Origin: Candidatus Woesearchaeota archaeon
Lineage (GTDB): Archaea > Nanobdellota > Nanobdellia > SCGC-AAA011-G17 > DATDVL01
Length of the DNA: 47,359 bases
Reading direction: 5' to 3'
NCBI GenBank assembly: GCA_964365915.1
Contig: CAYIRJ010000004.1
Span: 1-47,359 of the forward strand
The translations under genes were made by a program, and so were the position numbers. The notes under the pieces were generated by a model, which saw nothing but the letters and a program-made list of their open reading frames with translations, made no database searches and was not told the origin of the DNA. How positions within the stretch are numbered: position 1 is the first letter of the stretch; each line of letters starts with the position of its first letter. Shown piece by piece: positions 1-10,060 of the stretch.

Positions 1-468
1 AGGAACTTTATTAAAGTGCTTGCTCATTTTATCAGATCAATGAAAAAATCAGTGAAGATAGTTTCAATAGATTTTCAGAAAGAATTTGATGAACATATGC
101 CCAGCAAGCTCAATAACAGGCTCCTCTGATGGATACCATATTAAAATGCCTTTAAAAACCTAGATTATTCCCTTCTGGTTAATATCCTGCAGTTTTGCTG
201 TGACTAGGTGATTTATTCTATGGAGTTATTTAAATTCGTTGATTACTAAAAAATTTATTGCCTGCAATAGTTGTATTGATTTTTCAGTATCTATATAAAT
301 AAGCTCCCCTTCTCATAGAATTGTGTATGTGGATTGGAAATAGGTAGAATTCTCTTCTGTAGAAAGTTTTATAAATAGTCATTTTCTTTTTTGTTTCATG
401 CTCCTCCTTGCTTCATCTTATTCATTATAATGCAATAGTAAGATGACTGTAAGCAGGCAGCAGACCAT

Positions 469-565
469 GCCCTAGTCGTCTAGTGGTTAGGATACAGCCC
501 TGTCATGGGCATGCAGATCGGTCCAAAGAAAGGCTGTGGCGCGAGTCCGATTCTCGCCTAGGGCG
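469..565 (+). tRNA. tRNA-Asp (anticodon GTC) with ~25-nt intron (506-530) 3' of position 37
   Basis: Acceptor stem GCCCTAG/CTAGGGC, D arm GTCT..GGAT, anticodon stem CAGCC/GGCTG with loop CTGTCA|intron|A, T arm GCGAG-TCCGATT-CTCGC, discriminator G. Mature length ~72 nt. Confidence 0.7.
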
Positions 566-567
566 TT

Positions 568-669
568 GGGCCGGTAGCTCAGCTTGGTAGAGCATTTGCC
601 TTTTATCAAGCAAGCATATCCTGCTTCAAAGCAAGCAAGTGGTCATGGGTTCAAATCCCATCCGGCCCG
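568..669 (+). tRNA. tRNA-Lys (anticodon TTT) with ~28-nt intron (606-633)
   Basis: Acceptor GGGCCGG/CCGGCCC, D arm GCTC-AGCTTGGTA-GAGC, anticodon stem TTTGC/GCAAG with loop CTTTTA|intron|A, T arm ATGGG-TTCAAAT-CCCAT. Starts 2 nt after tRNA-Asp. Confidence 0.7.
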
Positions 670-684
670 TTCAACTCGAGAGCA

Positions 685-927
685 ATGGCTGAAGACACCT
701 TCGACATCCGCGAACACACCCTTGTGCCAAAACACGAGCGATTGAGTGAGGAGGCTGCGCAGCAGCTCTTGCAGAGTTATCACATTGAAAGAAAGCATCT
801 GCCAAAGATTTCTGTTAAGGATCCCTCTATCAAACATCTTGAACCCAAAGAAGGAGACATCATTAAAATCACAAGAATAAGCCCGACTGCGGGGAAAATA
901 TTTTTTTATCGTGCGGTGATGGAATGA
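685..927 (+). CDS. rpoH: DNA-directed RNA polymerase subunit H (Rpo5)
   Basis: 80 aa. The ...HTLVPKHERLSEEAAQQLL..GDIIKITRISPTAG pattern is typical of RpoH. It lies immediately upstream of rpoB and its stop overlaps the rpoB'' start (ATGA). Confidence 0.9.
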   Translation: MAEDTFDIREHTLVPKHERLSEEAAQQLLQSYHIERKHLPKISVKDPSIKHLEPKEGDIIKITRISPTAGKIFFYRAVME

Positions 928-2405
928 AGAACGATTTATTAATCCAACGCTACTTTGAAGAACACAGTTTAATAGCAAGCAATATCCAGAGCTTTGACCA
1001 TTTTGTAGAAAAAGGCATGCAGGATATTATCAAGGAACTGCAGGATGTGGTGCCTACTATTATTCCTCAGGACATTGATGATTTCAGGATTCGTTTGGAC
1101 AAAGTTTGGGTGGAAAAGCCCAACCTTGTGGAAGCTGATGGAAGCAAACGCAACATCTTACCTATTGAAGCGCGGCTCAGGAACTTAACCTATTCTGCTC
1201 CTATCTATCTAGAAGTGTCTGCGCATATCAATGGTGTGCAGAAGGAAAGTTTTACCACACAGATTGGAAAGCTTCCTATCATGCTGAAGAGCAAGTACTG
1301 CCATCTGCATGGATTGAAACGAGATGATTTAATTAAGAACGGGGAAGATCCGCAGGATCCTGGAGGGTACTTTATTTTGAATGGCAATGAACGCGTGCTC
1401 ATTACTGTAGAAGACTTGGCGAGCAACAAGCTGTTTGTGGAGCAGCCGAGCAGCGGCACTGCCAAGTTTATTGGAAGAATCTTCTCAGAAAAAGGAAGCT
1501 ATAGGATTCCACACCTCATCGAGCAGATGAAGGATGGGATCATCACTGTTTCTTTTACGCGATTCACAAGAATTTCCGTGGTTGCGCTGATCAAGGCATT
1601 AGGAGTAACCAAGGATGTTGAAATCGTGAACTACATCGGAGAGGGGCATCAGTATGATGATGTGTACATCAATTTGTACGACATGGTGTATTTGAAAACC
1701 CAGCGGGATGCGCTTGATTACATTGCCAAGAAGGCGGGCATGGTGAACCAGCAGGAAGAGGATTATGTGAAAGTGCTGGATAACTTAGACAAATACTTGT
1801 TGCCGCACATTGGGACCACAGAAAAGGACAGAGTGTATAAAGCGTACAACCTCTGCAAGCTGCTGAAGCGCTTTTTGATTACTACGAAGCAGGACATGGA
1901 AAATCAGGACAAAGACCATTACATGAACAAACGGTTGAAACTGTCTGGAGATCTGCTTGCTGATCTTTTTAGGGTGAATATGCGTGCTTTGGTGAATGAT
2001 ATTCTCTACAACTTCCAAAGGCTGGTCAAGCGCGGCAAGTTTAGTAGCATCAAGATTATCATCAGGGATAAATTATTGACGAGTAGGGTGAAAAGTGCGA
2101 TGGCAACCGGAACATGGGTGGGAGGAAGGAAAGGCATTAGCCAGAACATGGACAGGACGAACTTCCTTGCCACATTAAGCCATCTGCAACGCGTGGTTTC
2201 CTTACTGAGTTCAAGTCAGGAAAACTTTAAAGCAAGAAGCTTGCATCCTACGAATTACTCGCGATTGTGTCCGATTGAGACTCCGGAAGGAACGCCCATC
2301 GGATTAAGAAAAAATTTAGCCATGCTTGCTTCCATAACGCAGGAAGAATATTCGGAAGAAAAAGTACGCAAGGTCTTGGAAGGCCTGGGACTGCACCATG
2401 ACTGA
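924..2405 (+). CDS. rpoB2: RNA polymerase subunit B'' (N-terminal half of the split Rpo2)
   Basis: 493 aa, N-terminal RpoB homology, followed by the C-terminal half as a separate overlapping ORF (the split-B arrangement of Euryarchaeota and relatives). Confidence 0.95.
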   Translation: MKNDLLIQRYFEEHSLIASNIQSFDHFVEKGMQDIIKELQDVVPTIIPQDIDDFRIRLDKVWVEKPNLVEADGSKRNILPIEARLRNLTYSAPIYLEVSAHINGVQKESFTTQIGKLPIMLKSKYCHLHGLKRDDLIKNGEDPQDPGGYFILNGNERVLITVEDLASNKLFVEQPSSGTAKFIGRIFSEKGSYRIPHLIEQMKDGIITVSFTRFTRISVVALIKALGVTKDVEIVNYIGEGHQYDDVYINLYDMVYLKTQRDALDYIAKKAGMVNQQEEDYVKVLDNLDKYLLPHIGTTEKDRVYKAYNLCKLLKRFLITTKQDMENQDKDHYMNKRLKLSGDLLADLFRVNMRALVNDILYNFQRLVKRGKFSSIKIIIRDKLLTSRVKSAMATGTWVGGRKGISQNMDRTNFLATLSHLQRVVSLLSSSQENFKARSLHPTNYSRLCPIETPEGTPIGLRKNLAMLASITQEEYSEEKVRKVLEGLGLHHD

Positions 2406-4200
2406 CGTCTTCATGGATGAGCGCTTTATCGGAACAGTGGACAATGTGCAGAAGTTTACTGAGCAGGTCAAGGAAGAGCGGAAAAGCGGAAAACTTCCCA
2501 GTACTCTGAATCTTTATTACAATGATCGGCATGACGAGCTGCATGTTGAGCTTTCCAAAGGAAGAGTGAGAAGGCCGTTGATTGTTGTGAAGAACGGCAA
2601 GAGCTTGTTCACTGAAGAGATTTACCAGCAAGTACAAGCAAAAAAGATGGGATGGAAGGAACTGGTGAGCCAGGGTATTATTGAATATCTTGATGCGGCT
2701 GAAGAAGAAAATACGTATGTTGCACTCTATGAAGAGGATCTTACTCCCGAGCATACCCATCTTGAAATCTCTCCTACCATCATGTTTGGCATTACTACCA
2801 GTTTGGTGCCTTATGCGAATTTTGGTCAGTCTACACGACTCAACAGAGGAAGCAAAACTCAGAAACAATCATTGGGATTGTATGCCTTGAACTATTTATT
2901 GCGCATGGACACTGATGTTTCTATCTTGCAGTATCCCCAGCAGCCTATTGTCAGAACGTTCATGCATGAAATTTCTGGGTACAATCATCATCCTGCAGGG
3001 CAAAATATTACCATTGCGCTCATGAGCTATGAAGGATATAATATGAGCGATGCGATTATTTTGAACAAGGGCAGTGTGGAGCGAGGATTGGCGCGCAGTT
3101 TTTACTTTAGACCGTACAATGCAGAGGAACTGAGATACTCTGGAGGATTGGTGGATGAAATTGGCATTCCTGACAAGGAAACCAAAGGATACCGCAGCGA
3201 AAAAGACTATCGATTCCTGGAAGATGATGGCATTATCTACCCTGAGCAGCGCGTGAGACCTGAGGACATTCTGATTGGAAAAACCAGCCCTCCGAGATTC
3301 CTAGGAGAGATGGAAGAGTTTAGCATCGCAGCAAGCACACGGAGAGAGAGCTCGGTTGCAGTCAAGCAGGGAGAGGAAGGGGTTGTTGACTTTGTCGTTA
3401 TTACTGAAAACGAGGAAGGCAACAAGATCATCCAAGTACGATTACGTGAACAACGCATTCCTGAAATTGGAGATAAATTCGCATCACGCTACGGGCAAAA
3501 AGGAGTGATTGGCATGATTGTGCCGCAAGCTGACATGCCCTTCTCGGTTTCTGGCATTGTTCCTGATTTGATTTTCTCTCCGCACTCGGTTCCCAGCAGA
3601 ATGACTGTAAGCCATCTGATTGAAGTAATAGGAGGAAAGATGGGAGCGCTCACCGGGCGGTACATTGATGGTACGACTTTCAATTCTGAGCCTGAAGTTA
3701 ACATCCGCAGCATGCTAGGAGAGATGGGATTCAGGGAAAACGGTACTGAGCGCATGATTAACGGCATTACAGGAGAGGAATTTGAAGTCACGATCTACAC
3801 AGGAAATATGTTTTATCTGCGTTTAAAACACATGGTTGCGAACAAGCTGCATGCGCGGGCATCAGGAAGAATCCAGCTCCTGACCCGGCAGCCGGTGGAA
3901 GGAAGAAGCAAAGGCGGAGGGTTGCGCTTGGGAGAAATGGAAAAAGACTGCTTTGTCGCGCATGGCGCGAGCTTACTGCTGAAAGAACGCTTTGACTCTG
4001 ACAAGACCATTGTGCATATCTGCGAAGAATGCGGCATGCTTGCAGTCTATGACAGCTTCAGGAACAGAAAATTCTGTGTGAAAGATGGAAGCAATGTGGA
4101 AATTACCCCCATTGAAATCAGTTATGCATTCAAATTGCTGCTCGACGAATTGAAATCCATGGGTATTGCACCGAGGTTGCGCCTGAAAAGCAAATACTAA
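2398..4200 (+). CDS. rpoB1: RNA polymerase subunit B' (C-terminal half of Rpo2)
   Basis: 600 aa. Contains the GDKFASRYGQKG motif and a C-terminal zinc-binding CEECG... motif. Overlaps rpoB'' by 8 nt. Confidence 0.95.
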   Translation: MTDVFMDERFIGTVDNVQKFTEQVKEERKSGKLPSTLNLYYNDRHDELHVELSKGRVRRPLIVVKNGKSLFTEEIYQQVQAKKMGWKELVSQGIIEYLDAAEEENTYVALYEEDLTPEHTHLEISPTIMFGITTSLVPYANFGQSTRLNRGSKTQKQSLGLYALNYLLRMDTDVSILQYPQQPIVRTFMHEISGYNHHPAGQNITIALMSYEGYNMSDAIILNKGSVERGLARSFYFRPYNAEELRYSGGLVDEIGIPDKETKGYRSEKDYRFLEDDGIIYPEQRVRPEDILIGKTSPPRFLGEMEEFSIAASTRRESSVAVKQGEEGVVDFVVITENEEGNKIIQVRLREQRIPEIGDKFASRYGQKGVIGMIVPQADMPFSVSGIVPDLIFSPHSVPSRMTVSHLIEVIGGKMGALTGRYIDGTTFNSEPEVNIRSMLGEMGFRENGTERMINGITGEEFEVTIYTGNMFYLRLKHMVANKLHARASGRIQLLTRQPVEGRSKGGGLRLGEMEKDCFVAHGASLLLKERFDSDKTIVHICEECGMLAVYDSFRNRKFCVKDGSNVEITPIEISYAFKLLLDELKSMGIAPRLRLKSKY

Positions 4201-4201
4201 C

Positions 4202-6811
4202 ATGGCAGAGGACTACGTTTACAAATATGTGGACCAGATCCAGTTTGGACTGTTAAGCCCGGAAGAGATCCAGAAAATGAGTGCAGTAAAAGTTGTGACG
4301 CCTGAGCTGTATGACAATGAAGGATACCCTGTGGATGGAGGATTGATGGATATTCGCCTGGGGGTGATTGATCCTGGCTTACGATGCAAGACTTGTGGAG
4401 GGAAACTCAAGGAATGCATGGGGCACTTTGGCTATATTGACTTGGCACGGCCTGTTATTCATATCAAGTACATCAAGATGCTTCTGGATTGCTTGCGGTC
4501 TTCCTGCAGAGAGTGTGGGAAATTATTGCTGCAAGATAAGGACATGGAGAAATGGGGTCATCGCTTAACAAAATCACAGGCAGAAGGGGGAGAAGATGCA
4601 CGCAGGGATGTGGTGAGTTCAGTCATTACTAGTGTGAAGAATATCAGAAAATGTCCGCACTGTAAGGCGAAACAATATAGTATCAAGATCGAGAAACCCA
4701 GCACCTTTATGGAAAATGACAGAAGATTGACTCCTATTGAGATCAGGACAAGGCTAGAACGCATTCCTGATGATGCACTAGTGTATCTGGGATTACAATC
4801 GAAATCTGCACGCCCTGAATGGGCAGTGATGAGTATTTTGAATATTCCTCCCGTAACCATGCGGCCGAGTATTACTTTGGAAACAGGAGAACGGAGCGAG
4901 GATGATTTGACGCACAAGTTGGGAGATGTGGTCAGGATCAACCAGCGGTTATTTGAGAACATCAATGCAGGCGCTCCTGAAATCATTGTGGAGGACTTGT
5001 GGGACTTACTGCAGTACCATGTGACAACCTACTTGGATAATACCATCAGCCAGGTTCCTCCTGCACGGCACAGAAGCGGACAGGCATTGAAAACCTTAAC
5101 CGAGCGCATCAAGAGCAAGGAAGGAAGATTCCGCCATAATCTCGCAGGGAAGCGCGTTAACTATGCTGCACGCACAGTCATCAGTCCTGATCCGAAAATC
5201 AAGTTCAATGAAGTGGGCATCCCCCAGCGGGTAGCAATGGAACTGACGGTTCCTGAGCGAGTGAATGTCTGGAATATTGCATTGCTGAAGGAACTGATTG
5301 AGCGCGGTCCTGAAGTGTATCCGGGAGCGAACTATGTCATTAGACATGACGGCAAGAAAAAACAGATTACTGAAGAAACACGAGAAGTGATTCTTGCGGA
5401 ATTGGGACCGGGCATGATTGTGGAACGGCATCTTGTGGATGGGGACATTGCTTTATTCAACCGGCAACCGAGCTTGCATAGGATGAGCATCATGTGCCAT
5501 CGCATTCGCGTACTTCCGGGAAAAAGTTTTCGGTTGAATCCGAGCGTGTGCAATGCGTTCAATGCAGACTTTGATGGAGATGAGATGAACTTGCACGTTC
5601 CGCAGACTGAGGAAGCGCGTGCAGAAGCAGAAATCCTGATGGAAGTGCAGACCCAGCTCATTACTCCGAAGCATGGCTATAATGTCATGGGATGTGTGGA
5701 AGATGCAGTTACCGGACTCTACTTGCTGACGAAGGGGGAGGGCATGCCATTTTCCAAAGAGGAGGCTGTACAACTGTTTGTTAGCATTGGTATTGAAGAT
5801 CCTAAGATCACCCGACAAAAAGTTAATGGAAAGGAATTGTTCAGCATGCTGCTGCCGAAGGATTTTACCTATGAAGGACTTGCCAAAGGTGTGCCGAAAG
5901 ATGCGGAATTAAAAAGAGGAGATGATGGCTTGGTTATTATTGAAAACGGGCAACTGGTGAGCGGCGTCATTGATGCCAATGCTGTCGGAGAAGAACGCGG
6001 AAAAATGATCATGGAATTTTATCGGCGCTATGGCCCGGTAACCACCATCGAATTTTTAGGGAACATCTTCAGGCTGGGGATTAAGGTCTTGCTGAAGCGC
6101 GGGTTTACGATCAGCATTGACGACATCGACATTACTGAGGAAGTGCAAGAGAAAATTACTACATCACTTAGCCAAGGGGATAAGGACGTGGATGAACTGG
6201 TCAAAGAATACCATGCAGGCAAGATGGAAACGCTGCCAGGAAGAACCCTTGCAGAAACTTTAGAAATCAAAACCTTAGGAGTCCTGAACAAGATCCGCGA
6301 CAAAATCGGACAATATGTTGCACAAAACACGCGTCCAAAAAATTCTGCGGTGATCATGGCAAAATCAGGTGCCAAAGGAAAAATTTTGAACCTTGCCCAG
6401 ATGTCAGGGTGCGTCGGGCAGCAGGCACTGATGGGACACCGCATTACTACGGGATACAAAGGAAGAACTTTGAGCATGTTCAAAAAGCACGATTTGTCTG
6501 CAAATGCGCACGGATTTGTGAAGAGCAGCTTCAAAAGAGGATTAAATCCTTACGAGTTTTTCTTCCATGCCATGACCGGAAGAGATGGATTAATGGATAC
6601 TGCACTGCGCACTCCTAAGTCTGGTTATCTTTATCGAAGGCTGGCAAATGCATTGCAAGACATGAAAGTGGAGTATGACAACAGTATCCGAGATGCCAAC
6701 AAGAACATCGTGCAGTTTGCCTATGGTGAAGACGGACTTGAAGTCAGCAAAACTTGGGGAGGCAATCTCAACATCAAGCGCATTGTGAAGAGTGTCAAAC
6801 ATGAAAGATAA
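4202..6811 (+). CDS. rpoA1: RNA polymerase subunit A' (Rpo1N)
   Basis: 869 aa. Has N-terminal zinc motifs (CKTCGG..C..C) and the catalytic NADFDGDEMNLHVPQ motif. Confidence 0.95.
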   Translation: MAEDYVYKYVDQIQFGLLSPEEIQKMSAVKVVTPELYDNEGYPVDGGLMDIRLGVIDPGLRCKTCGGKLKECMGHFGYIDLARPVIHIKYIKMLLDCLRSSCRECGKLLLQDKDMEKWGHRLTKSQAEGGEDARRDVVSSVITSVKNIRKCPHCKAKQYSIKIEKPSTFMENDRRLTPIEIRTRLERIPDDALVYLGLQSKSARPEWAVMSILNIPPVTMRPSITLETGERSEDDLTHKLGDVVRINQRLFENINAGAPEIIVEDLWDLLQYHVTTYLDNTISQVPPARHRSGQALKTLTERIKSKEGRFRHNLAGKRVNYAARTVISPDPKIKFNEVGIPQRVAMELTVPERVNVWNIALLKELIERGPEVYPGANYVIRHDGKKKQITEETREVILAELGPGMIVERHLVDGDIALFNRQPSLHRMSIMCHRIRVLPGKSFRLNPSVCNAFNADFDGDEMNLHVPQTEEARAEAEILMEVQTQLITPKHGYNVMGCVEDAVTGLYLLTKGEGMPFSKEEAVQLFVSIGIEDPKITRQKVNGKELFSMLLPKDFTYEGLAKGVPKDAELKRGDDGLVIIENGQLVSGVIDANAVGEERGKMIMEFYRRYGPVTTIEFLGNIFRLGIKVLLKRGFTISIDDIDITEEVQEKITTSLSQGDKDVDELVKEYHAGKMETLPGRTLAETLEIKTLGVLNKIRDKIGQYVAQNTRPKNSAVIMAKSGAKGKILNLAQMSGCVGQQALMGHRITTGYKGRTLSMFKKHDLSANAHGFVKSSFKRGLNPYEFFFHAMTGRDGLMDTALRTPKSGYLYRRLANALQDMKVEYDNSIRDANKNIVQFAYGEDGLEVSKTWGGNLNIKRIVKSVKHER

Positions 6812-9398
6812 CGCAATTGATTTTGCAGCAGCACTGCCGAAAAAAATTTTGGATGAGTTTGAAGAGCTGGCAGCAGCAGAAAAATTAACGCAGAAACAGA
6901 AACAGGAAGCACTGGCACTGCTGCATGAAGAATATCAGAACAGCAAGATCAGCCCTGGGGAGGCGATTGGGATCATCACTGCAGAGAGCTTTGGCGAACC
7001 AGGGACTCAAATGTCACTATTTTTTAGTAACAAAATAATTGTGAAAATAAACAACAATAAAATATTTACGGTAAAAATTGGACCGTTTGTTGATATGTTA
7101 ATGAAGATGAAAGGATCATTTAAACTCAACGATCATTCAGAAATTCTTCCTTTACATGATTTTGAAATTTATGTTCCTAGTTTAAATCAAGAAGAAAAGA
7201 TAGAATGGAAACGCGTGATTGAATGTAGTAGGCATATCACAAACAAAAAACTTATGAGAATTACTACTGCTTCTGGTAGGTCTGTTACCTGTACTGATAA
7301 TCACTCTTTTGTAAATCGTATTCATAATAAGATTACTCCAATAAAAGGGACAGAATTGCAAATTGGAAATAGAATTCCCGTTATTAATTCATTTGTGAAT
7401 CCCTTACCGATGCAAGAATTATCTATCAAAAACCACATCATCGATAATGAAGGAATAGTTGAAGAAAAAGGCGTACTTTCCAAACCAGGAACTAATGCTA
7501 AATCTATGAATGGAAGTTTACCATTAAATGAATCTACTGGATGGTTTATTGGTGCATATCTTGCAGAAGGCAATGGAGGAAAATACCACGCTTCTCTTTC
7601 CAATGTAAATGATAATTACATCAATAACGGTAAACGCTTCGCTGATTCTCTAGGTATTGAACCTGTCGACAGATTTTATATTGGAGAATATGGTCCAGGT
7701 AGATCATTAACATTACATTCTGGATTTTTAGGTAGTTTCATTATAACTCATTGTGGGCAAGGTTCAGATTTCAAAAAAGTCCCTTACTTTGCTTATTCTG
7801 CATCTGATGCGTTCATCTCTGGATTGCTGAGAGGCTACTTTGATGGCGATGGGAATTTCCATGTGGATAGAAAGATGATTCGCTGCTCTTCCAATTCCAA
7901 AGAATTAATAGATGGCATTGCCTTGCTGTTGTCACGATTCAGAATATTTTCCTTTAAAGTACAAGATAAGAAAGGGCAGCACTGGCTCTTGATTCCCTAT
8001 AAGTATGCTCCTTTATTCTTGCAGCACATTGGAAGCGATATTGATTACAAACGTGCTAGCCTCGAAACTTTAGCAGAAAAAGCCAAACGCTTCTGGAATT
8101 CGAGAAGCCAAGATTATACAGACATGATTTCAGGATTTGGAGAACTTTTCAGGAATACTGCAAAGAAGGTTGGCTATCCTACGCGTTACGTCAATAACTT
8201 TACGAACCGCCAAAAAATTGGAAGAACTGCCCTCTTCCGATACATGAAACTCTTTGAACATCTTGCCAAGGAAAAAAACATAGACATTAAGGATGAGCTT
8301 GCTATCATGCAGCGCATGTCTTCCTCTGATGTGGTGTGGGATGAGATTGTAAAGATTGAATATGTCGATAATGACAAGCCTGTTTATGACCTCAGCGTGC
8401 CAGGATTAGAAACATTCACGACAGCAGATGGCATTATCACCCATAACACTTTGAATGTTTTTCACTTTGCAGGCGTCGCGGAAGTGGCAGTGACCCAAGG
8501 ATTGCCCAGGCTTATTGAACTGTTTGATGCCAGAAAAGAAATCAAGACTCCTTTAATGGAAATTTATCTGGACAAGGATATTGCCAAGGATCCTGAAAAA
8601 GTGAGGAAGATGGCTGCACAAATCAGGGAAACCCGTGTCGAGGAAGTGGTCAGTGATTTTTCCATTGATGTTGCACGGCTGCAGATTGCATTGGTGCTGG
8701 ACAAACAGAAGATGAGAAACCTTTCCATTACCAACAATCAGCTAATGAAAGCACTGGAACAGGACATTAAAACTGCCTCGATCAAGGATGAAGGAGATAG
8801 CATTGTACTGAAAACTAAGGTAAAGGAAAATGAGCTGATGGAAACGTACAAGCTGAAGGAAAAAACAAAAACAGTGTTTGTCCGGGGAGTTGCGGGCATC
8901 ACCCAAGTATTGCCAGTGAAGGCAGGCAACGAGTTCATTATCCTTGCAGCAGGGTCGAATCTGAAGGAAGTGTTCGCACTGAAAGGAGTGGATGCTGCAC
9001 GTACGACTACGAACGACATCTTTGAAGTGCAAAAAGTGCTGGGTATTGAGGCAGCACGGCAGACCATCATTAACGAGGCGAAAAAAGTGATTGAGGACCA
9101 AGGACTGGAAGTGGATGTCCGTCATATTTTGTTTATTGCAGATGCCATGACTGCAACAGGAGTAGTAAAAGGGATTACTCGATCAGGCATTACTGGAGAG
9201 AAGGAAAGCGTGCTTGCCCGGGCCAGCTTTGAAACCCCTATTGAACACTTGGTGGATGCCTCGCTGGTGGGAGAAGTAGACTATTTGAATTCCGTCATTG
9301 AAAATGTGATGCTGAACCAGATTGTTCCTTTGGGAACAGGATTGCCTGACCTCAGGGCAGTGACCCAAACTGAGGACAAGGAAAAGAAGGAAGCATGA
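6792..9398 (+). CDS. rpoA2: RNA polymerase subunit A'' (Rpo1C), interrupted in frame by a 478-aa intein
   Basis: 868 aa in total. The extein flanks GEPGTQM | TLNVFHFAGVAEVAVTQGLPR match the conserved A'' motif. Without the intein the protein is ~390 aa, typical for A''. Confidence 0.95.
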   Translation: MSNMKDNAIDFAAALPKKILDEFEELAAAEKLTQKQKQEALALLHEEYQNSKISPGEAIGIITAESFGEPGTQMSLFFSNKIIVKINNNKIFTVKIGPFVDMLMKMKGSFKLNDHSEILPLHDFEIYVPSLNQEEKIEWKRVIECSRHITNKKLMRITTASGRSVTCTDNHSFVNRIHNKITPIKGTELQIGNRIPVINSFVNPLPMQELSIKNHIIDNEGIVEEKGVLSKPGTNAKSMNGSLPLNESTGWFIGAYLAEGNGGKYHASLSNVNDNYINNGKRFADSLGIEPVDRFYIGEYGPGRSLTLHSGFLGSFIITHCGQGSDFKKVPYFAYSASDAFISGLLRGYFDGDGNFHVDRKMIRCSSNSKELIDGIALLLSRFRIFSFKVQDKKGQHWLLIPYKYAPLFLQHIGSDIDYKRASLETLAEKAKRFWNSRSQDYTDMISGFGELFRNTAKKVGYPTRYVNNFTNRQKIGRTALFRYMKLFEHLAKEKNIDIKDELAIMQRMSSSDVVWDEIVKIEYVDNDKPVYDLSVPGLETFTTADGIITHNTLNVFHFAGVAEVAVTQGLPRLIELFDARKEIKTPLMEIYLDKDIAKDPEKVRKMAAQIRETRVEEVVSDFSIDVARLQIALVLDKQKMRNLSITNNQLMKALEQDIKTASIKDEGDSIVLKTKVKENELMETYKLKEKTKTVFVRGVAGITQVLPVKAGNEFIILAAGSNLKEVFALKGVDAARTTTNDIFEVQKVLGIEAARQTIINEAKKVIEDQGLEVDVRHILFIADAMTATGVVKGITRSGITGEKESVLARASFETPIEHLVDASLVGEVDYLNSVIENVMLNQIVPLGTGLPDLRAVTQTEDKEKKEA
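7014..8447 (+). mobile_element. Class 1 intein with LAGLIDADG homing endonuclease domain, inserted in rpoA''
   Basis: Begins with Ser (SLFFSNKIIV) right after extein GTQM. Has block B TCTDNHSF and LAGLIDADG motifs GWFIGAYLAEGNG and ISGLLRGYFDGDGNF. C-terminal block VYDLSVPGLETFTTADGIITHN is followed by +1 Thr (TLNVFHFAG). Length 1434 nt, in frame. Confidence 0.85.
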
Positions 9399-9649
9399 GT
9401 CTGGATGCACTGCGCAAAGCATTGAAGGAAAAAACCTTAGTCTATGGAAGTGATGCTACTTTGCGTAATCTCCGGCTGGGAAAAACGAAAACTATTTTCC
9501 TGGCGAAAAACTGCCCTGCTCTGGTGAAAGAAAGCATCCAAAGATACTCGCGGATAGCTGATGTCATGATTTATGCATTGGACGAGCCGAGCGACGAGCT
9601 TTCTCTTATCTGCAAGAAGAAATTCAATGTTGCGGTCGTGAGCTATTAA
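9395..9649 (+). CDS. rpl30e: 50S ribosomal protein L30e
   Basis: 84 aa. Lies between rpoA'' and nusA as in other archaea, has an L30e/L7Ae-fold pattern (..LAKNCP..), and its start overlaps the rpoA'' stop. Confidence 0.75.
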   Translation: MSLDALRKALKEKTLVYGSDATLRNLRLGKTKTIFLAKNCPALVKESIQRYSRIADVMIYALDEPSDELSLICKKKFNVAVVSY

Positions 9650-9652
9650 ACC

Positions 9653-10060
9653 ATGCAGTATGACCTCCAGTTGATTGGCTATCTCAATACTTTTGAATCC
9701 CTAACCCGATCGAAAGTGAAGGATGTGTTCTTTGATGCTACGGAGACCTTGGTGTTTGTGATGCAGCCAGGAGAGATGGGAAAAGCCATTGGCAAGAAAG
9801 GCAGCAATGTGAAACGCTTAGGAAACTTGCTGAAGAAGCGCATTCGCGTTATTGAATTTTCTTCTTCTGCCATTGATTTTGTTAAAAATTGCACGCTGCC
9901 CTTGATTCCGAAAAAGATGGTGCAGGAAGTGGATACTATCACTATCACCATGGAAAATACGCAACAGAAGGCTATGCTGCTGGGAAGGAACAAAAGCAAT
10001 TTCTTGAATATGCAGAAGATAGTGCAGAGATATTATCCGGTGCAGCTGAAAGTGTTATAG
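9653..10060 (+). CDS. nusA: Archaeal NusA-like KH-domain transcription termination/antitermination factor
   Basis: 135 aa with two KH-like segments (GEMGKAIGKKGSNVKRL); conserved position after L30e. Confidence 0.8.
   Translation: MQYDLQLIGYLNTFESLTRSKVKDVFFDATETLVFVMQPGEMGKAIGKKGSNVKRLGNLLKKRIRVIEFSSSAIDFVKNCTLPLIPKKMVQEVDTITITMENTQQKAMLLGRNKSNFLNMQKIVQRYYPVQLKVL

Noticed and set aside
1205-9125. Numerous 60-170-aa ORFs on the minus strand or in alternate frames inside rpoB'', rpoB', rpoA' and rpoA'' (e.g. 1205-1465, 3489-3791, 4558-4986, 6028-6534, 8742-9125).
   Set aside because: They lie entirely within long, well-supported RNAP genes and have low-complexity or odd composition. They are typical shadow ORFs.
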